Shown here piece after piece: positions 1 through 9,601 of a stretch of DNA of 64,000 bases. Made by a program: the position numbers and the translations under genes. This DNA is from an uncultured archaeon (GTDB taxonomy: Archaea; Asgardarchaeota; Lokiarchaeia; Sigyniarchaeales; SOKP01). A model generated the notes under the pieces. The model worked only from the letters and a program-made list of their open reading frames with translations, was not told where the DNA came from and searched no databases. Position 1 is the stretch's first letter; every line of letters starts with the position of its first letter. The stretch spans positions 50,486 to 114,485 of the forward strand of contig CAYLZE010000004.1 of NCBI GenBank assembly GCA_964388035.1, written 5' to 3'.

Positions 1-278
1 ATGAGAGTTTTCATGAGATCAAGTTCTGATTCAATATATTTTTGATTTTCGATGATATTATTTAATTGAGGGGCCAACCCTTTTATTTGAATAGTGGCCT
101 TATTCAACTCATCAATTTTATCCGTGAGCATGTGGAGTTTCGAATTCTGTTGTCCGATTTTGGTGATTAAATCTAACCCGAATTTTTCAAGAATGGAAGA
201 AAAGCTCTCCATCTTGTTCGTTAATGAAGTTATTTCATCTTGAAGGGTTTTCTTATCCATTTGATTTTTCTCTGGCAT
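1..278 (-). CDS. Hypothetical coiled-coil protein, 5' part only (runs off the window edge)
   Basis: ATG at 278, open to position 1: MPEKNQMDKKTLQDEITSLTNKMESFSSILEKFGLDLITKIGQQ...; heptad-like; absent from the ORF track because no stop lies in the window. Confidence 0.7.
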   Translation of the reverse strand, partial: MPEKNQMDKKTLQDEITSLTNKMESFSSILEKFGLDLITKIGQQNSKLHMLTDKIDELNKATIQIKGLAPQLNNIIENQKYIESELDLMKTL

Positions 279-460
279 GCTATATCTTCCATTCAATGAA
301 GATGGTACTTTAGAATAAATTTATTAAGAAAATTCGATGATAAAAAGTTATATTAATAATAAATATATTAATAAATTAATATTTGCAAGATAAAAATAAT
401 TGCATCTGAGAAAAGCTAATATTATTTAGTTGAAAAATCTCCTAGTCATTTTGAAAAGAG

Positions 461-1363
461 GTGGTTAAATTCATAGAATATATCAATATTCTCACTAAAG
501 ATGGAAAATCGTTATTATTCCGGAATTATGGGGATACTGAAATCGATAGAGATTTACTGGCAGGCTTTTTAAGTGCTTTTTCAGGATTCATGAAAGAAAT
601 CAGTCAATCCGATATTAAATCTACAAATACAGAAGATTTTAAATATTTTTATACCATTATCAAAAGCATTATCATCGTGGTTTGTACGGATTTGACCGAT
701 GAGGATGATCAGGTAAATTCAAAAATAAACATGATCAAAGGTAAATTCATGGAACAATATGGAAAAATCATAGAGGATGGCAGCTGGTCGGGAAATAGGT
801 CAATGTTCACGGACTTTCAGAGGGAATTGGATAATATTATTCTTGGTCAGATAAAAATCTCAATTATTGGATTTGGAGGAGTAGGCAAGACCACTCTTCT
901 TCACTTGATATGCGGAAAAGATATTAATTTAGAATACGTGCCCACTATCACGGCAGACATCACTTCTTATGAAGGAGATGAGTTGGCAAATCAAGCTGTG
1001 GTCTTCTGGGACTTTGCTGGCCAAGCAAACTTCAGGAGTTTATGGGAAAGCTTATTAGATGGAACGGATATTGCGCTATTGGTATTGGATTCGACGTATG
1101 AAAATTTGAATTCTTCAAAAGATATTTTAATTGAAATATTAGATAAATATTATAAAAATACCTTAGTTATTGGCATTGCAAATAAACAAGATTTACCAAA
1201 TAGATTAACTCCCGAATTTTGTGAAAAAATTTTATCTTCCACGGACAGGTATCCACCGATCTCCGTCTTTGGGATGATTGCCATTAATCCCAATTATCGG
1301 GAAAAAATATTAAGCCTTTTAAGAGAAGCTATAAAACAAATCAAAATCAAGAACTTGTCGTAA
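461..1363 (+). CDS. Small GTPase (Arf/Rag-like) with N-terminal longin-like domain
   Basis: G1 GFGGVGKT, G2 PTI, G3 WDFAGQ, G4 NKQD in the C-terminal half; N-terminal ~125 aa starts with longin-type strands INILTKDGKSLLFRNY. Confidence 0.85.
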   Translation: MVKFIEYINILTKDGKSLLFRNYGDTEIDRDLLAGFLSAFSGFMKEISQSDIKSTNTEDFKYFYTIIKSIIIVVCTDLTDEDDQVNSKINMIKGKFMEQYGKIIEDGSWSGNRSMFTDFQRELDNIILGQIKISIIGFGGVGKTTLLHLICGKDINLEYVPTITADITSYEGDELANQAVVFWDFAGQANFRSLWESLLDGTDIALLVLDSTYENLNSSKDILIEILDKYYKNTLVIGIANKQDLPNRLTPEFCEKILSSTDRYPPISVFGMIAINPNYREKILSLLREAIKQIKIKNLS

Positions 1364-1499
1364 ATATAGAACCTTGATTTTTTCACCCTTGCTTCTAAGT
1401 AGAATGAAAATTCTTTATTTAGATTAATAGTTTTGAATAAGAAACTTTTTTTAATTTAAGACATATATCTTATTAGCTTAATATTTTGAGGTAGAATGA

Positions 1500-3269
1500 T
1501 TGCTGAACATTGAATTTATTGAAGAAAAGCTTAATATCGAAGAAGAATCAGAAGATCAACGGGTAATTCATTTACCAGAATTGACTGAAGAAGAGAAAAG
1601 AATAATAGATCCAATTGTCGCTCCTACGAGCGGGTTACGTATTCAAATTTATGATATTGAACAAGGGAACGAGAACAAGAAGGATAGATACACGTTAACG
1701 AATCGCAAATTATTTCTTTTTTTACGGGTCTTTAAAGCTATTAGCGAGAAATTTAAAGATTTAAATGGAGAGAATCTAAAAGTACTTATTGTAACTGACA
1801 ATAGGTCCAGTAAAAACACGCTATTGAAATTAGCTTCCGAAATCTTTACTTGGGATGGGTATCAAGTGTTTTATCAACAAGATGAGGAAGGAGAATCTAG
1901 GGTGTCCTCCCCATATGGAGCTGCCTCCGTGGCATTAATTAAGGATATCAAGCTTGTTATTGTGCTGACCGCGAGTCATAATGATCTCTCTTGGAATGGT
2001 ATTAAATTCTACATTGAATATCCCATTCCCATATCAGGGGATTTATTCAAAGAAGTTTCGGAAAGGGCGCTGAATGTTAATAGGATTCCCCTAAAGCGTT
2101 GTAAGCCCCAATTAATTGACGCCATTTCAAAAAATAATGAATACATTCAAAATTTATTGGCCAACATCATCGATATAAAGAGTATTCGAAACCAAAATAT
2201 TGTTATTTGGCCTTATTTGGGAAAAGCAAAAGGAATAGTGGATCTTTTCACGAGTTATGGAGCGAATGTGATTACCATTGATGAAGAGATTAATCCTCCC
2301 AATCCTATAAAGGTCGTTAAAGAATCTAAGTTGCAAGCCACCATGGAGCAGTCCAACTCTAAAGTTGCCCTCTTATTAGATGCTGATAGAGATAGAATCG
2401 CTTTATATGTAAAGCAAGAAAATGATTATTTTTATTTCATTCCAAATGAAATCTATTCGGCAATGCATAACATTCTTGCAAAGAATTTTAATACGAATAT
2501 AATTAATGTGAGAACGATTCCTAGCGATCCGAGAGGAGATAATGCCAGTATTATCAACGTATTTACGGGAGTCGGATACAAACATTTAGGCGTGATCTTA
2601 TATTTCCTTTTTGATATTCCTGTCGATCAATCAAAAATAGATACTGCTATCTTATATTTTCAAGATACAGAAAAAAAATTGGTTAAAATTAAAGAAGCCG
2701 GTCCATTAAAAAGTCAAATTTTAGCTTTAATGAAAAAACAGGGATTATCCCAACAAAAATTCATGATTGTAATGTGGGAGGAATCTGGAGGGCATACTAT
2801 CAATATTTTAAATGTAACCAAGAATTCACAAAACAACGAGTATTCTTTTACCACGGAATTACCGCTCATAGCTGATAAATATCCCGTACCTGCTTTAGTC
2901 TTAATTACGGAGCTAATTTATAGAGGATATTCTATAAATCAATCTATTGATTGGAATGTAAAAGGGATTAATCAAACCATAGAAGCTAATGACGAGGAAA
3001 AAATAAAAATCATGCAAAAATTTGAAAAGAATGATAATTCCGATATTAATATAGGAGGTAAATCGTATCAGATTCACGCGTTATCAGATAACTTGGGGGA
3101 TATTGATATCTATCAGTTAAAAAGCAAAAACTCGACTCTTTATTTTAGGCCCTCAGGCACGGGACCTGAAGTACGCTTCTACATCTTTGGAAAGAGAGAA
3201 ACGCACTTGGATGAGATTAATCGCGTTCAAGACTTTGTCAAACAAAATTATTTAGAGAATGAAAAATAA
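1500..3269 (+). CDS. Phosphoglucomutase/phosphomannomutase (alpha-D-phosphohexomutase) family protein
   Basis: Phosphoserine motif TASHN, metal loop DADRDR, WEESGG, C-terminal RPSGTGP. Confidence 0.85.
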   Translation: MLNIEFIEEKLNIEEESEDQRVIHLPELTEEEKRIIDPIVAPTSGLRIQIYDIEQGNENKKDRYTLTNRKLFLFLRVFKAISEKFKDLNGENLKVLIVTDNRSSKNTLLKLASEIFTWDGYQVFYQQDEEGESRVSSPYGAASVALIKDIKLVIVLTASHNDLSWNGIKFYIEYPIPISGDLFKEVSERALNVNRIPLKRCKPQLIDAISKNNEYIQNLLANIIDIKSIRNQNIVIWPYLGKAKGIVDLFTSYGANVITIDEEINPPNPIKVVKESKLQATMEQSNSKVALLLDADRDRIALYVKQENDYFYFIPNEIYSAMHNILAKNFNTNIINVRTIPSDPRGDNASIINVFTGVGYKHLGVILYFLFDIPVDQSKIDTAILYFQDTEKKLVKIKEAGPLKSQILALMKKQGLSQQKFMIVMWEESGGHTINILNVTKNSQNNEYSFTTELPLIADKYPVPALVLITELIYRGYSINQSIDWNVKGINQTIEANDEEKIKIMQKFEKNDNSDINIGGKSYQIHALSDNLGDIDIYQLKSKNSTLYFRPSGTGPEVRFYIFGKRETHLDEINRVQDFVKQNYLENEK

Positions 3270-3430
3270 AGAACAAATTTTCAATATTAGACCTTGTTCT
3301 ATTATAATTTACCCCTTATAATTTGAATTTTAATTTCATGATATTACCTCTATAAATAAGAATATAAGAGATTAGAAAAACGATAATTTCAATGTATAAA
3401 AAAGCCTAAGGGGGGACGCGTGCACTTCTA

Positions 3431-4633
3431 TTATTCTTCGTCAATTTCGTTTGATTTCGGGGGGAGTGATTTCGGTTTGGGTTTATTCTTAGCTTCGATT
3501 TCTTTAAGTTTTTCTTGAGTTTTCTCTTCAAATTCTTCGTCATTTATGGGTTCTGCTTCTACTAATCCCCTGGGTTGAGATTGAGTATCGCTCAGCGCTT
3601 CTTTTTGAGCGACTTTTTCCGCTAATAATGTCTTGGAACGCTCTAAATACTTTTTTCTTGCTTCTTCTTTTTCTTTTTCATCCTGTACCTTAACTTTAAT
3701 CAAATCATTCCAAACTTTTCTTTCTTCAACAGAACCAAAACTATCGACTCTCATGGTGTCATTTTCAAGTCTTATAATGCTTTTTTGAGCTAAATTTTCG
3801 ATGACTTTATCCGCATGTTCCTTTTTCCATTCTGTTTTCTTTAATAAATTCTCTCGAGTTAAATACGCCTCATCATATAATAAACTAATGATTACCTTAT
3901 CGGAAACAGATAAATCCCAATCTAAGGTTTCATTCAGCACAATTAGTTGAAAAGTAGGATCTATTTCTACAATATCATGAATAATGTTTGTTTCCTTCAT
4001 GATTTTTAAAATGGATAAAACGTCCTTATCTTTTATGTTTTTAATTTCTTGAAATGCATGATATTTAAGCTGTTGAATCGGGATGAAATCATAATTGATT
4101 AATTGATTATCCTGCAAGATCTTTTGAAAACGTCTCGTCATCTTATCTAAGAACATCCCCATGCCAAGATCGTGGCGCTTTGGAATGGATTTATAAAATT
4201 CCTCATCAAATGATTCTAAAATTGAAATCGCTGACTGTAAATCTTCTAAATCTTTTTTCCGTTGTTCTTCCGATACGGGTTCGGCCGTTTTTAATTTGGA
4301 CATGAAGGTATTGTAGTCTATAGAACCTTGTCGGATCAAGTTTAATTCATGATCTCCTATATTAAATTTGGACTGCAATTCTTTGATTTTCTTTTGTACT
4401 TTATGTTCTACTTCTTCTTCTGTTTCGGCAATGATTTCCGTAATTTTTGTATATTTTTCAATGAAATACTGTTTTTTCTCAATAGTCACGTACTTATCAA
4501 GCAACTTATCTAATGATTTTTGTTTTTCACTCCTGTCTGACCGAATTTTATCAAATAAGTCTTTAACCTTGCGAATAAAGGAAAAGAAAAATACGGGAAT
4601 TAAGAAAAGTATCATGAATTCTATAACTGACAT
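3431..4633 (-). CDS. EAP30/Vps22-Vps36 (ESCRT-II)-like winged-helix protein with N-terminal membrane anchor
   Basis: DLSVSDKVIISLLYDEAYLTRENLLKKTEWKKEHADKVIENLAQKSIIRLE matches the second winged-helix pattern of Vps22/Snf8; hydrophobic N-terminus followed by basic residues; coiled-coil flanks. Confidence 0.6.
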   Translation of the reverse strand: MSVIEFMILFLIPVFFFSFIRKVKDLFDKIRSDRSEKQKSLDKLLDKYVTIEKKQYFIEKYTKITEIIAETEEEVEHKVQKKIKELQSKFNIGDHELNLIRQGSIDYNTFMSKLKTAEPVSEEQRKKDLEDLQSAISILESFDEEFYKSIPKRHDLGMGMFLDKMTRRFQKILQDNQLINYDFIPIQQLKYHAFQEIKNIKDKDVLSILKIMKETNIIHDIVEIDPTFQLIVLNETLDWDLSVSDKVIISLLYDEAYLTRENLLKKTEWKKEHADKVIENLAQKSIIRLENDTMRVDSFGSVEERKVWNDLIKVKVQDEKEKEEARKKYLERSKTLLAEKVAQKEALSDTQSQPRGLVEAEPINDEEFEEKTQEKLKEIEAKNKPKPKSLPPKSNEIDEE

Positions 4634-5024
4634 ATCTTGCCTTCTTATTATTAGTTTTTTTATTGTATCAATTTCATTTTAAACATAGAAAATAAAATAA
4701 CCTTATAATATAAATAGCAACTCACGTTTTAAAACTTCTATGCATTCATGTAAAGATTTAGTGAGTTTGTAAAGAAGTTAATAATTCTTGGTTTTAAATC
4801 TTTTGGCATGGAATTTAAAATTATAAGGAAATTATTCATATCTAAGATAAAAAATAAGAGGAAATCAGAAGGTGGATAAGCATGAAACACCCCTTAATTA
4901 ATGAGTTTAAACCGTTTTACGTTAGATCCTCCAAAAAATTCAAACTTTAAGTGTAATTCGAAATTATCAAAATTAATAATTACATGATCAAAATTAAAAC
5001 CGTAGTAAAAGAGGAAAATGAAAA

Positions 5025-6312
5025 ATGCAAGAAAAAATAATTGATGATAATATTCACGAGAGAATGTCCTTAGAAAACGTGTTCAAGATATTCAATGATA
5101 ATATCTTTCCAATGCTTAATGAAGAAGAGCGCGGGTATTGCAATGAACTTCAACAATTTTGCTTGGAACTGCAGCCACGGATTGATAAATCAAAAGACGT
5201 GTATGAATTATTTCCGGATTTAGGAAAAAATGGTTATATGCAGAGAATCAATTTATGGCAAGATTTCACTCCTTATGGCATGAAGAAAGAAATCCTCCTA
5301 GGAACGCACTTGTCTCTTTTAGATCCTCAGTTGGAATTAGCACGCTTGGCGAGTGGTATTCTTTGTGGCAATCCTACATTCCATTATTATCGACACGGTG
5401 GTACCGGAGATACGATTCAGAAAGTTCAAGATGAGTTAATGTCTGGTGCAAAAATAGGGTGCATAGGAATAACTGAACCGAAAAGAGGGTCTGACGCTGT
5501 AAATATGACAACTACATGTATAAAGTCAGATGATGGAATAATTTATAACGGAGAGAAGGTCTATACAACTAATGGGCCTAAAGCGGATTATTTCTGTACT
5601 TATGCCGTATACGATACTGAACATCCTCGAGAAACCATGGTTCAAGCCATGATTAAGCGAGAATTCGGAGTGAGAACAGAAAGACTTAAAATAAATTCCG
5701 TTCCCCGAGTGCATATTGCTCATACAATTATAAAAGATGTTAGGATTCCTCAAGAATATATTCTAGCTGATAATGGTGATGGCTATGTTCGTTTATTTGA
5801 AGGGTTGGTTCCTGAACGGTTAGGTATAAGTGCTTAGTGGTCTCCACTCACTACCAAATATGGGTTCAGGAATTGGAATTGCATGGGCAGGATTGATTTA
5901 TGGTATTATTTATACGAATTTAAGGAGACAATTTGGCCAAGAAGTAATAAAATATGAAGGCGTGGGATTTGGACTGGCAGAATTGCTCTCAAAATGTACC
6001 GCAGCAACTTCCCTAGCACTGCAAGCCGCTACGATTTACGATGAGAAAGTATTATTCTCAGAGCGTCCTAATAAAGAAGCAGAAAAATGGGTTGCGGCAG
6101 TATCATCCCAAGGTAAGTATTATGTTTCAAAACTTACTCACGATGTATGCTATGAAGTTCAGCAGCACATGGGTGGAGTATCCGTCACGGATAATACTCC
6201 CGTAGATGAACTCATGGATACGAGCAAGATCGAAGAAGTAATTGGCGGAGCTCGTAACATCCAATTGTTTATAATACAAAACCTCTTGCGTAGGTATAAG
6301 AATATTTTATAA
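5025..6312 (+). CDS. Acyl-CoA dehydrogenase interrupted by a 31-nt insertion; reconstructed join(5025..5827,5859..6312), 418 aa
   Basis: ORF 5025-5837 has ITEPKRGSD and NGEKVYTTNG; ORF 5830-6312 has RRQFG, QHMGG and EVIGGA. Removing 31 nt gives ERLGIMGSGIGIA, in register with RIGIAAQALGIA of the intact paralogue at 39517. Confidence 0.85.
5828..5858 (+). other. Putative BHB-type archaeal intron / structured 31-nt insertion
   Basis: Internal hairpin AGTG-CTT-AGTGG-TCT-CCACT-CACT; GGT(A) pairs with (T)ACC between two 3-nt bulges on opposite strands; exon-exon stem TTCCTGAAC (5809-5817)/GTTCAGGAA (5864-5872); contains the in-frame TAG. Confidence 0.6.
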
Positions 6313-6646
6313 TCTTTTTTATTTTTTTCTTTTTCAACCATTTCTCTTTACTCATCTGCATCTCCTCTTTATAGCTTTCTTTAAAATAAAGGAGATTTAC
6401 GTTCTCATTAGCTTCTAAAATACTTATCTTTCAGAGTAATTCTTTTTCGGCATAAAAAACATTTAAAGATTTGGTTCTAAATGAAAACCCCCCCCTTTTA
6501 GACAAAAAAACCTCTCTCTCTCTCCTAAATAAAATGAATAGAAATTGGACTCTGATTCTTTTTTAATAATGGTTTGATTTTTTATAATTAGAATTATGAT
6601 TTTAATTCATAATAATAAAATAAATAAAAAAAAATAACAAATAATC

Positions 6647-7411
6647 ATGATAGGTGAGAAATTAGTGTCTAATGAAATAGTAAATAAAAATTGGCATGAT
6701 TTTGGTTCAAAAATGCATGTTATCGCCATTTTAACGATTCTTACTTTTGTGCTTCCCTTCGCTGGCATCATTCAGTTAATCTTCATTTTTCTCGCATTGG
6801 CAGACATAAGAAAGATAATGTATCAATCACCTGATGCGGATCTTAGTGAATTTCGTACCAAATATATTGCTGGGTTCTTAGTGAAGCTCATCGGATTTAT
6901 TCTAATTTATAGTGCTATCGTTTCCATGATACCTTTTGCCTACTTTCACTTTTACTTTCCCATTATTGGGTTTGCTATGGCAATAGTTTTTGGAGGTGTT
7001 ATTTTATTAGTCAGCGCGATTATAGAATATAAAGCATGGAGCTGCCTTGAAACTTTCTTTGAGAACTATCAAAGCAATTTTCCTGATGCAATTGCAAGAG
7101 ATACTTTAAAAGGCATTAAAAACATCAAAACTGCAGTGATTTTCAGAATTACGATTGTTCTTAGCTTTGTTTCCGTGATTTTGGAGATTATAGGCTATTT
7201 CCGAATCGGTTCTCTAAAGAATTTACCCATTCAACGAGCACAAGTAGTTCCACAACAACCCATTCAAAGACCTCCTGCTCAACCACAATATGAACCAGCG
7301 CCAGTTGCACCCATAAAGCAAAAAACACCCTCAGAATTTTGTCCTCACTGCGGAGCAAAGTCTTCTTCCTCGGGTGTCTATTGTAGCGAATGTGGAGCTA
7401 GTTTAAGCTAA
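6647..7411 (+). CDS. Membrane protein with Pro/Gln-rich linker and C-terminal zinc ribbon
   Basis: Several hydrophobic segments, PQQPIQRPPAQPQ linker, CPHCG...CSECG. Confidence 0.75.
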   Translation: MIGEKLVSNEIVNKNWHDFGSKMHVIAILTILTFVLPFAGIIQLIFIFLALADIRKIMYQSPDADLSEFRTKYIAGFLVKLIGFILIYSAIVSMIPFAYFHFYFPIIGFAMAIVFGGVILLVSAIIEYKAWSCLETFFENYQSNFPDAIARDTLKGIKNIKTAVIFRITIVLSFVSVILEIIGYFRIGSLKNLPIQRAQVVPQQPIQRPPAQPQYEPAPVAPIKQKTPSEFCPHCGAKSSSSGVYCSECGASLS

Positions 7412-7488
7412 ATATAATTTTTTTCCTTTATTCTTTATTTTTTTAAACCTTTTTTTATCTATATTTTTGTAAATCTTATCTAAAGATT

Positions 7489-8226
7489 CTATTCCATGTC
7501 ATCAATTTTTTTTTGCGGATCAGAAGAATCTCCAAAAAGGATTTTCTTATTCTTCACGACATATTTCCAGCCAAAGCCAGCAATCTTTTCTAAAGGTCCG
7601 TTTATTCCTTTTGGTTTTCCGGTTTTAGTATAGACAATGTTTGTATTCTTAATGGCTTTAATCACGTTATAAGGGGTTTTAAAAATCTCAATGAGTGATT
7701 TTGCTTTAGAGGGTCCCGTATCTATTAATCCCTCGAGGATGAAAGCTCGCCGTTCTTCATCATTCATTCCTTTAGGGGCTTTTCGAGATAAAATGGGCAC
7801 GCCGTCTTTAACTTGTTCTCGATAAGCAATTCTTTCAATCACTATGGCAGTATCTTCCATGTTTCTTGTAGGAATGATAGATATGCCCAATTTATAAGAA
7901 ATGAAAGCCAGAGAACCGTATATTGAGCTAATATTCATGCCCGTTGTTTCAAAAACCTCATCGTTTAATCCTTCTAAAATAAGAATCTGTGTTGGATATG
8001 TCTCTTTCAAACGTAGAAGTTGCTCAAAGAGGCGATTATCCATTAGAGAGGTGACATAATCAAAACCTTCTTTCCTCTCACATGCTACATCCTTGCTAAT
8101 GACTATATCCGCAATATCTAATTGTTGCGATTCAAAAGAAATGGTTTCCTTCTTTTTACTCATAATTTCCATTAACTTTCGTTCTCGAGAATCAATTATT
8201 ATATGAGGAATTTTTCGTTCGTTCAT
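7489..8226 (-). CDS. ERCC4/XPF-family structure-specific nuclease, short form (nuclease + HhH, no helicase)
   Basis: IIIDSRE, ADIVI, ERKxxxD, ILILEG motifs; C-terminal HhH-like GLIDTGPSKA. Confidence 0.85.
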   Translation of the reverse strand: MNERKIPHIIIDSRERKLMEIMSKKKETISFESQQLDIADIVISKDVACERKEGFDYVTSLMDNRLFEQLLRLKETYPTQILILEGLNDEVFETTGMNISSIYGSLAFISYKLGISIIPTRNMEDTAIVIERIAYREQVKDGVPILSRKAPKGMNDEERRAFILEGLIDTGPSKAKSLIEIFKTPYNVIKAIKNTNIVYTKTGKPKGINGPLEKIAGFGWKYVVKNKKILFGDSSDPQKKIDDME

Positions 8227-8387
8227 TTTTATTAAGAAACCAATATTGTTATTAATGAAGTAAATATGTCCTATACTTATTTAAATGAAAAAGAAATTTT
8301 TTATAAATCATTTAGATCCTTTTTCTCTATTTACTTATTTGTTATTATAAATTTATGCTTAATATCCTCATTTTTCGTTCTAAAATA

Positions 8388-8933
8388 TCAAGTTTCTAGA
8401 AATACTTCTTTGTTTGATTTTGCAATATTTTTTGTATCGTTTGGAATGGGTCCATTTTTGAGATAATTCCAGATTTTAGGGATGCTATATAATTTATTGT
8501 AGACTAAAATAAAAAGTAGCATAATGATTCCGATGATTTCTGTAATTACTAATAAAGGATTGGTATAAGATTGGAGCCAGCTTTCATAGGGATAATCGAC
8601 AAAGGAAATATCATAATTAATAAATGGATAAAATAAGGGAATTGCGGGAAGATCTAATATTAAATGAAATGTTATTCCTAATAAATAAGAAAGGGAAAGG
8701 GATGGTTTATTTCTAGTGAAAAGGAATAAAATTATAAAAGAACCTAAAGCAAATAGGAGCGTATGAGCAAACCCTCTTCCATTTTCCAATTGCAACATCA
8801 TTAATGGTTTATCAATTAAATCAGGAAGTAGAGATCCAATGACTAAAATCAATCTATTTACATTGAATTTATTTTTTAAATAGGGAATTTCAAAAAGAAT
8901 CAAAGGCAATGCTACGTGAAATATGAGAAGCAT
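8388..8933 (-). CDS. Membrane-bound metal-dependent hydrolase (YdjM-like)
   Basis: N-terminal His, GSLLPDLID, RGFAHTL, HLILD. Confidence 0.75.
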   Translation of the reverse strand: MLLIFHVALPLILFEIPYLKNKFNVNRLILVIGSLLPDLIDKPLMMLQLENGRGFAHTLLFALGSFIILFLFTRNKPSLSLSYLLGITFHLILDLPAIPLFYPFINYDISFVDYPYESWLQSYTNPLLVITEIIGIIMLLFILVYNKLYSIPKIWNYLKNGPIPNDTKNIAKSNKEVFLET

Positions 8934-9026
8934 GATTTTTTTTTTTAACTTGAATGAATGGTTTGATCAATACATTATCCTTTCTAAAGTTAATCCTTTA
9001 TAGTTTCCTTTATCATCCAACTCGTG

Positions 9027-9587
9027 TCATTTTCTCACATCTACATGTTCCATTCTTTTCGTAACTGTTTGATCCTCATCCATGCGCATTTTTGGAATTA
9101 AATATTCCTTTAATCTGTCATAATGATATAATTTATTTTTTAAAATGAGGAATAATAGCACGATTCCAGAAATTAATTCTGTAGTTATAATGAATAAATT
9201 ATTGAAATATTTGGAAACGTAATATTCCACGGGTTGATCTATTACCGTGTAATTGTAAGAAATGAAAGGAGAAAAGATGGGAATAGAAGGCATGTCTAGA
9301 CCTAAATGAATCATCGCCCCGATTAAGAAGGGAATCGAAATTTGTTTTTTACCCTTTGCTATTAAATGAACCCCCAAGAATGATAGGAATACAAACAAAA
9401 AATTATGGCAATACATGATTCCGGTGACTTTAGTAATTAAGTGAATGGATTTATCTATTATATCAGGATACAAGCTTCCTATGATTAATGCGAGCCGATT
9501 GACGTTGAACCGTTCCTTTATTCTTGGTATTTCGAATAACAATAAAGGAACAGCTAAATGGCATAATGGATATATTTCTATCACCAA
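9027..9587 (-). CDS. Membrane-bound metal-dependent hydrolase (YdjM-like), tandem paralogue
   Basis: GSLYPDIID, CHN, HLGLD; colinear with 8388-8933. Confidence 0.75.
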   Translation of the reverse strand: MVIEIYPLCHLAVPLLLFEIPRIKERFNVNRLALIIGSLYPDIIDKSIHLITKVTGIMYCHNFLFVFLSFLGVHLIAKGKKQISIPFLIGAMIHLGLDMPSIPIFSPFISYNYTVIDQPVEYYVSKYFNNLFIITTELISGIVLLFLILKNKLYHYDRLKEYLIPKMRMDEDQTVTKRMEHVDVRK

Positions 9588-9601
9588 GAATGTTTAAATT
9601 A

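Noticed and set aside
5835-5837. Pyrrolysine or amber readthrough at the TAG in the acyl-CoA dehydrogenase
   Set aside because: Reading on in the same frame gives WSPLTTKYGFRNW... and a TGA within about 40 codons; the conserved C-terminal half is in the +1 frame
5828-5860. The 31-nt insert as a MITE or transposon footprint
   Set aside because: No target-site duplication beyond 1 nt, no second copy noticed and no transposase in the window; pairing with exon sequence fits an intron better
5830-6312. Independent 160-aa gene starting at GTG 5830
   Set aside because: The start lies inside the insert and the break falls within a conserved helix; not excluded, but less parsimonious than one interrupted gene
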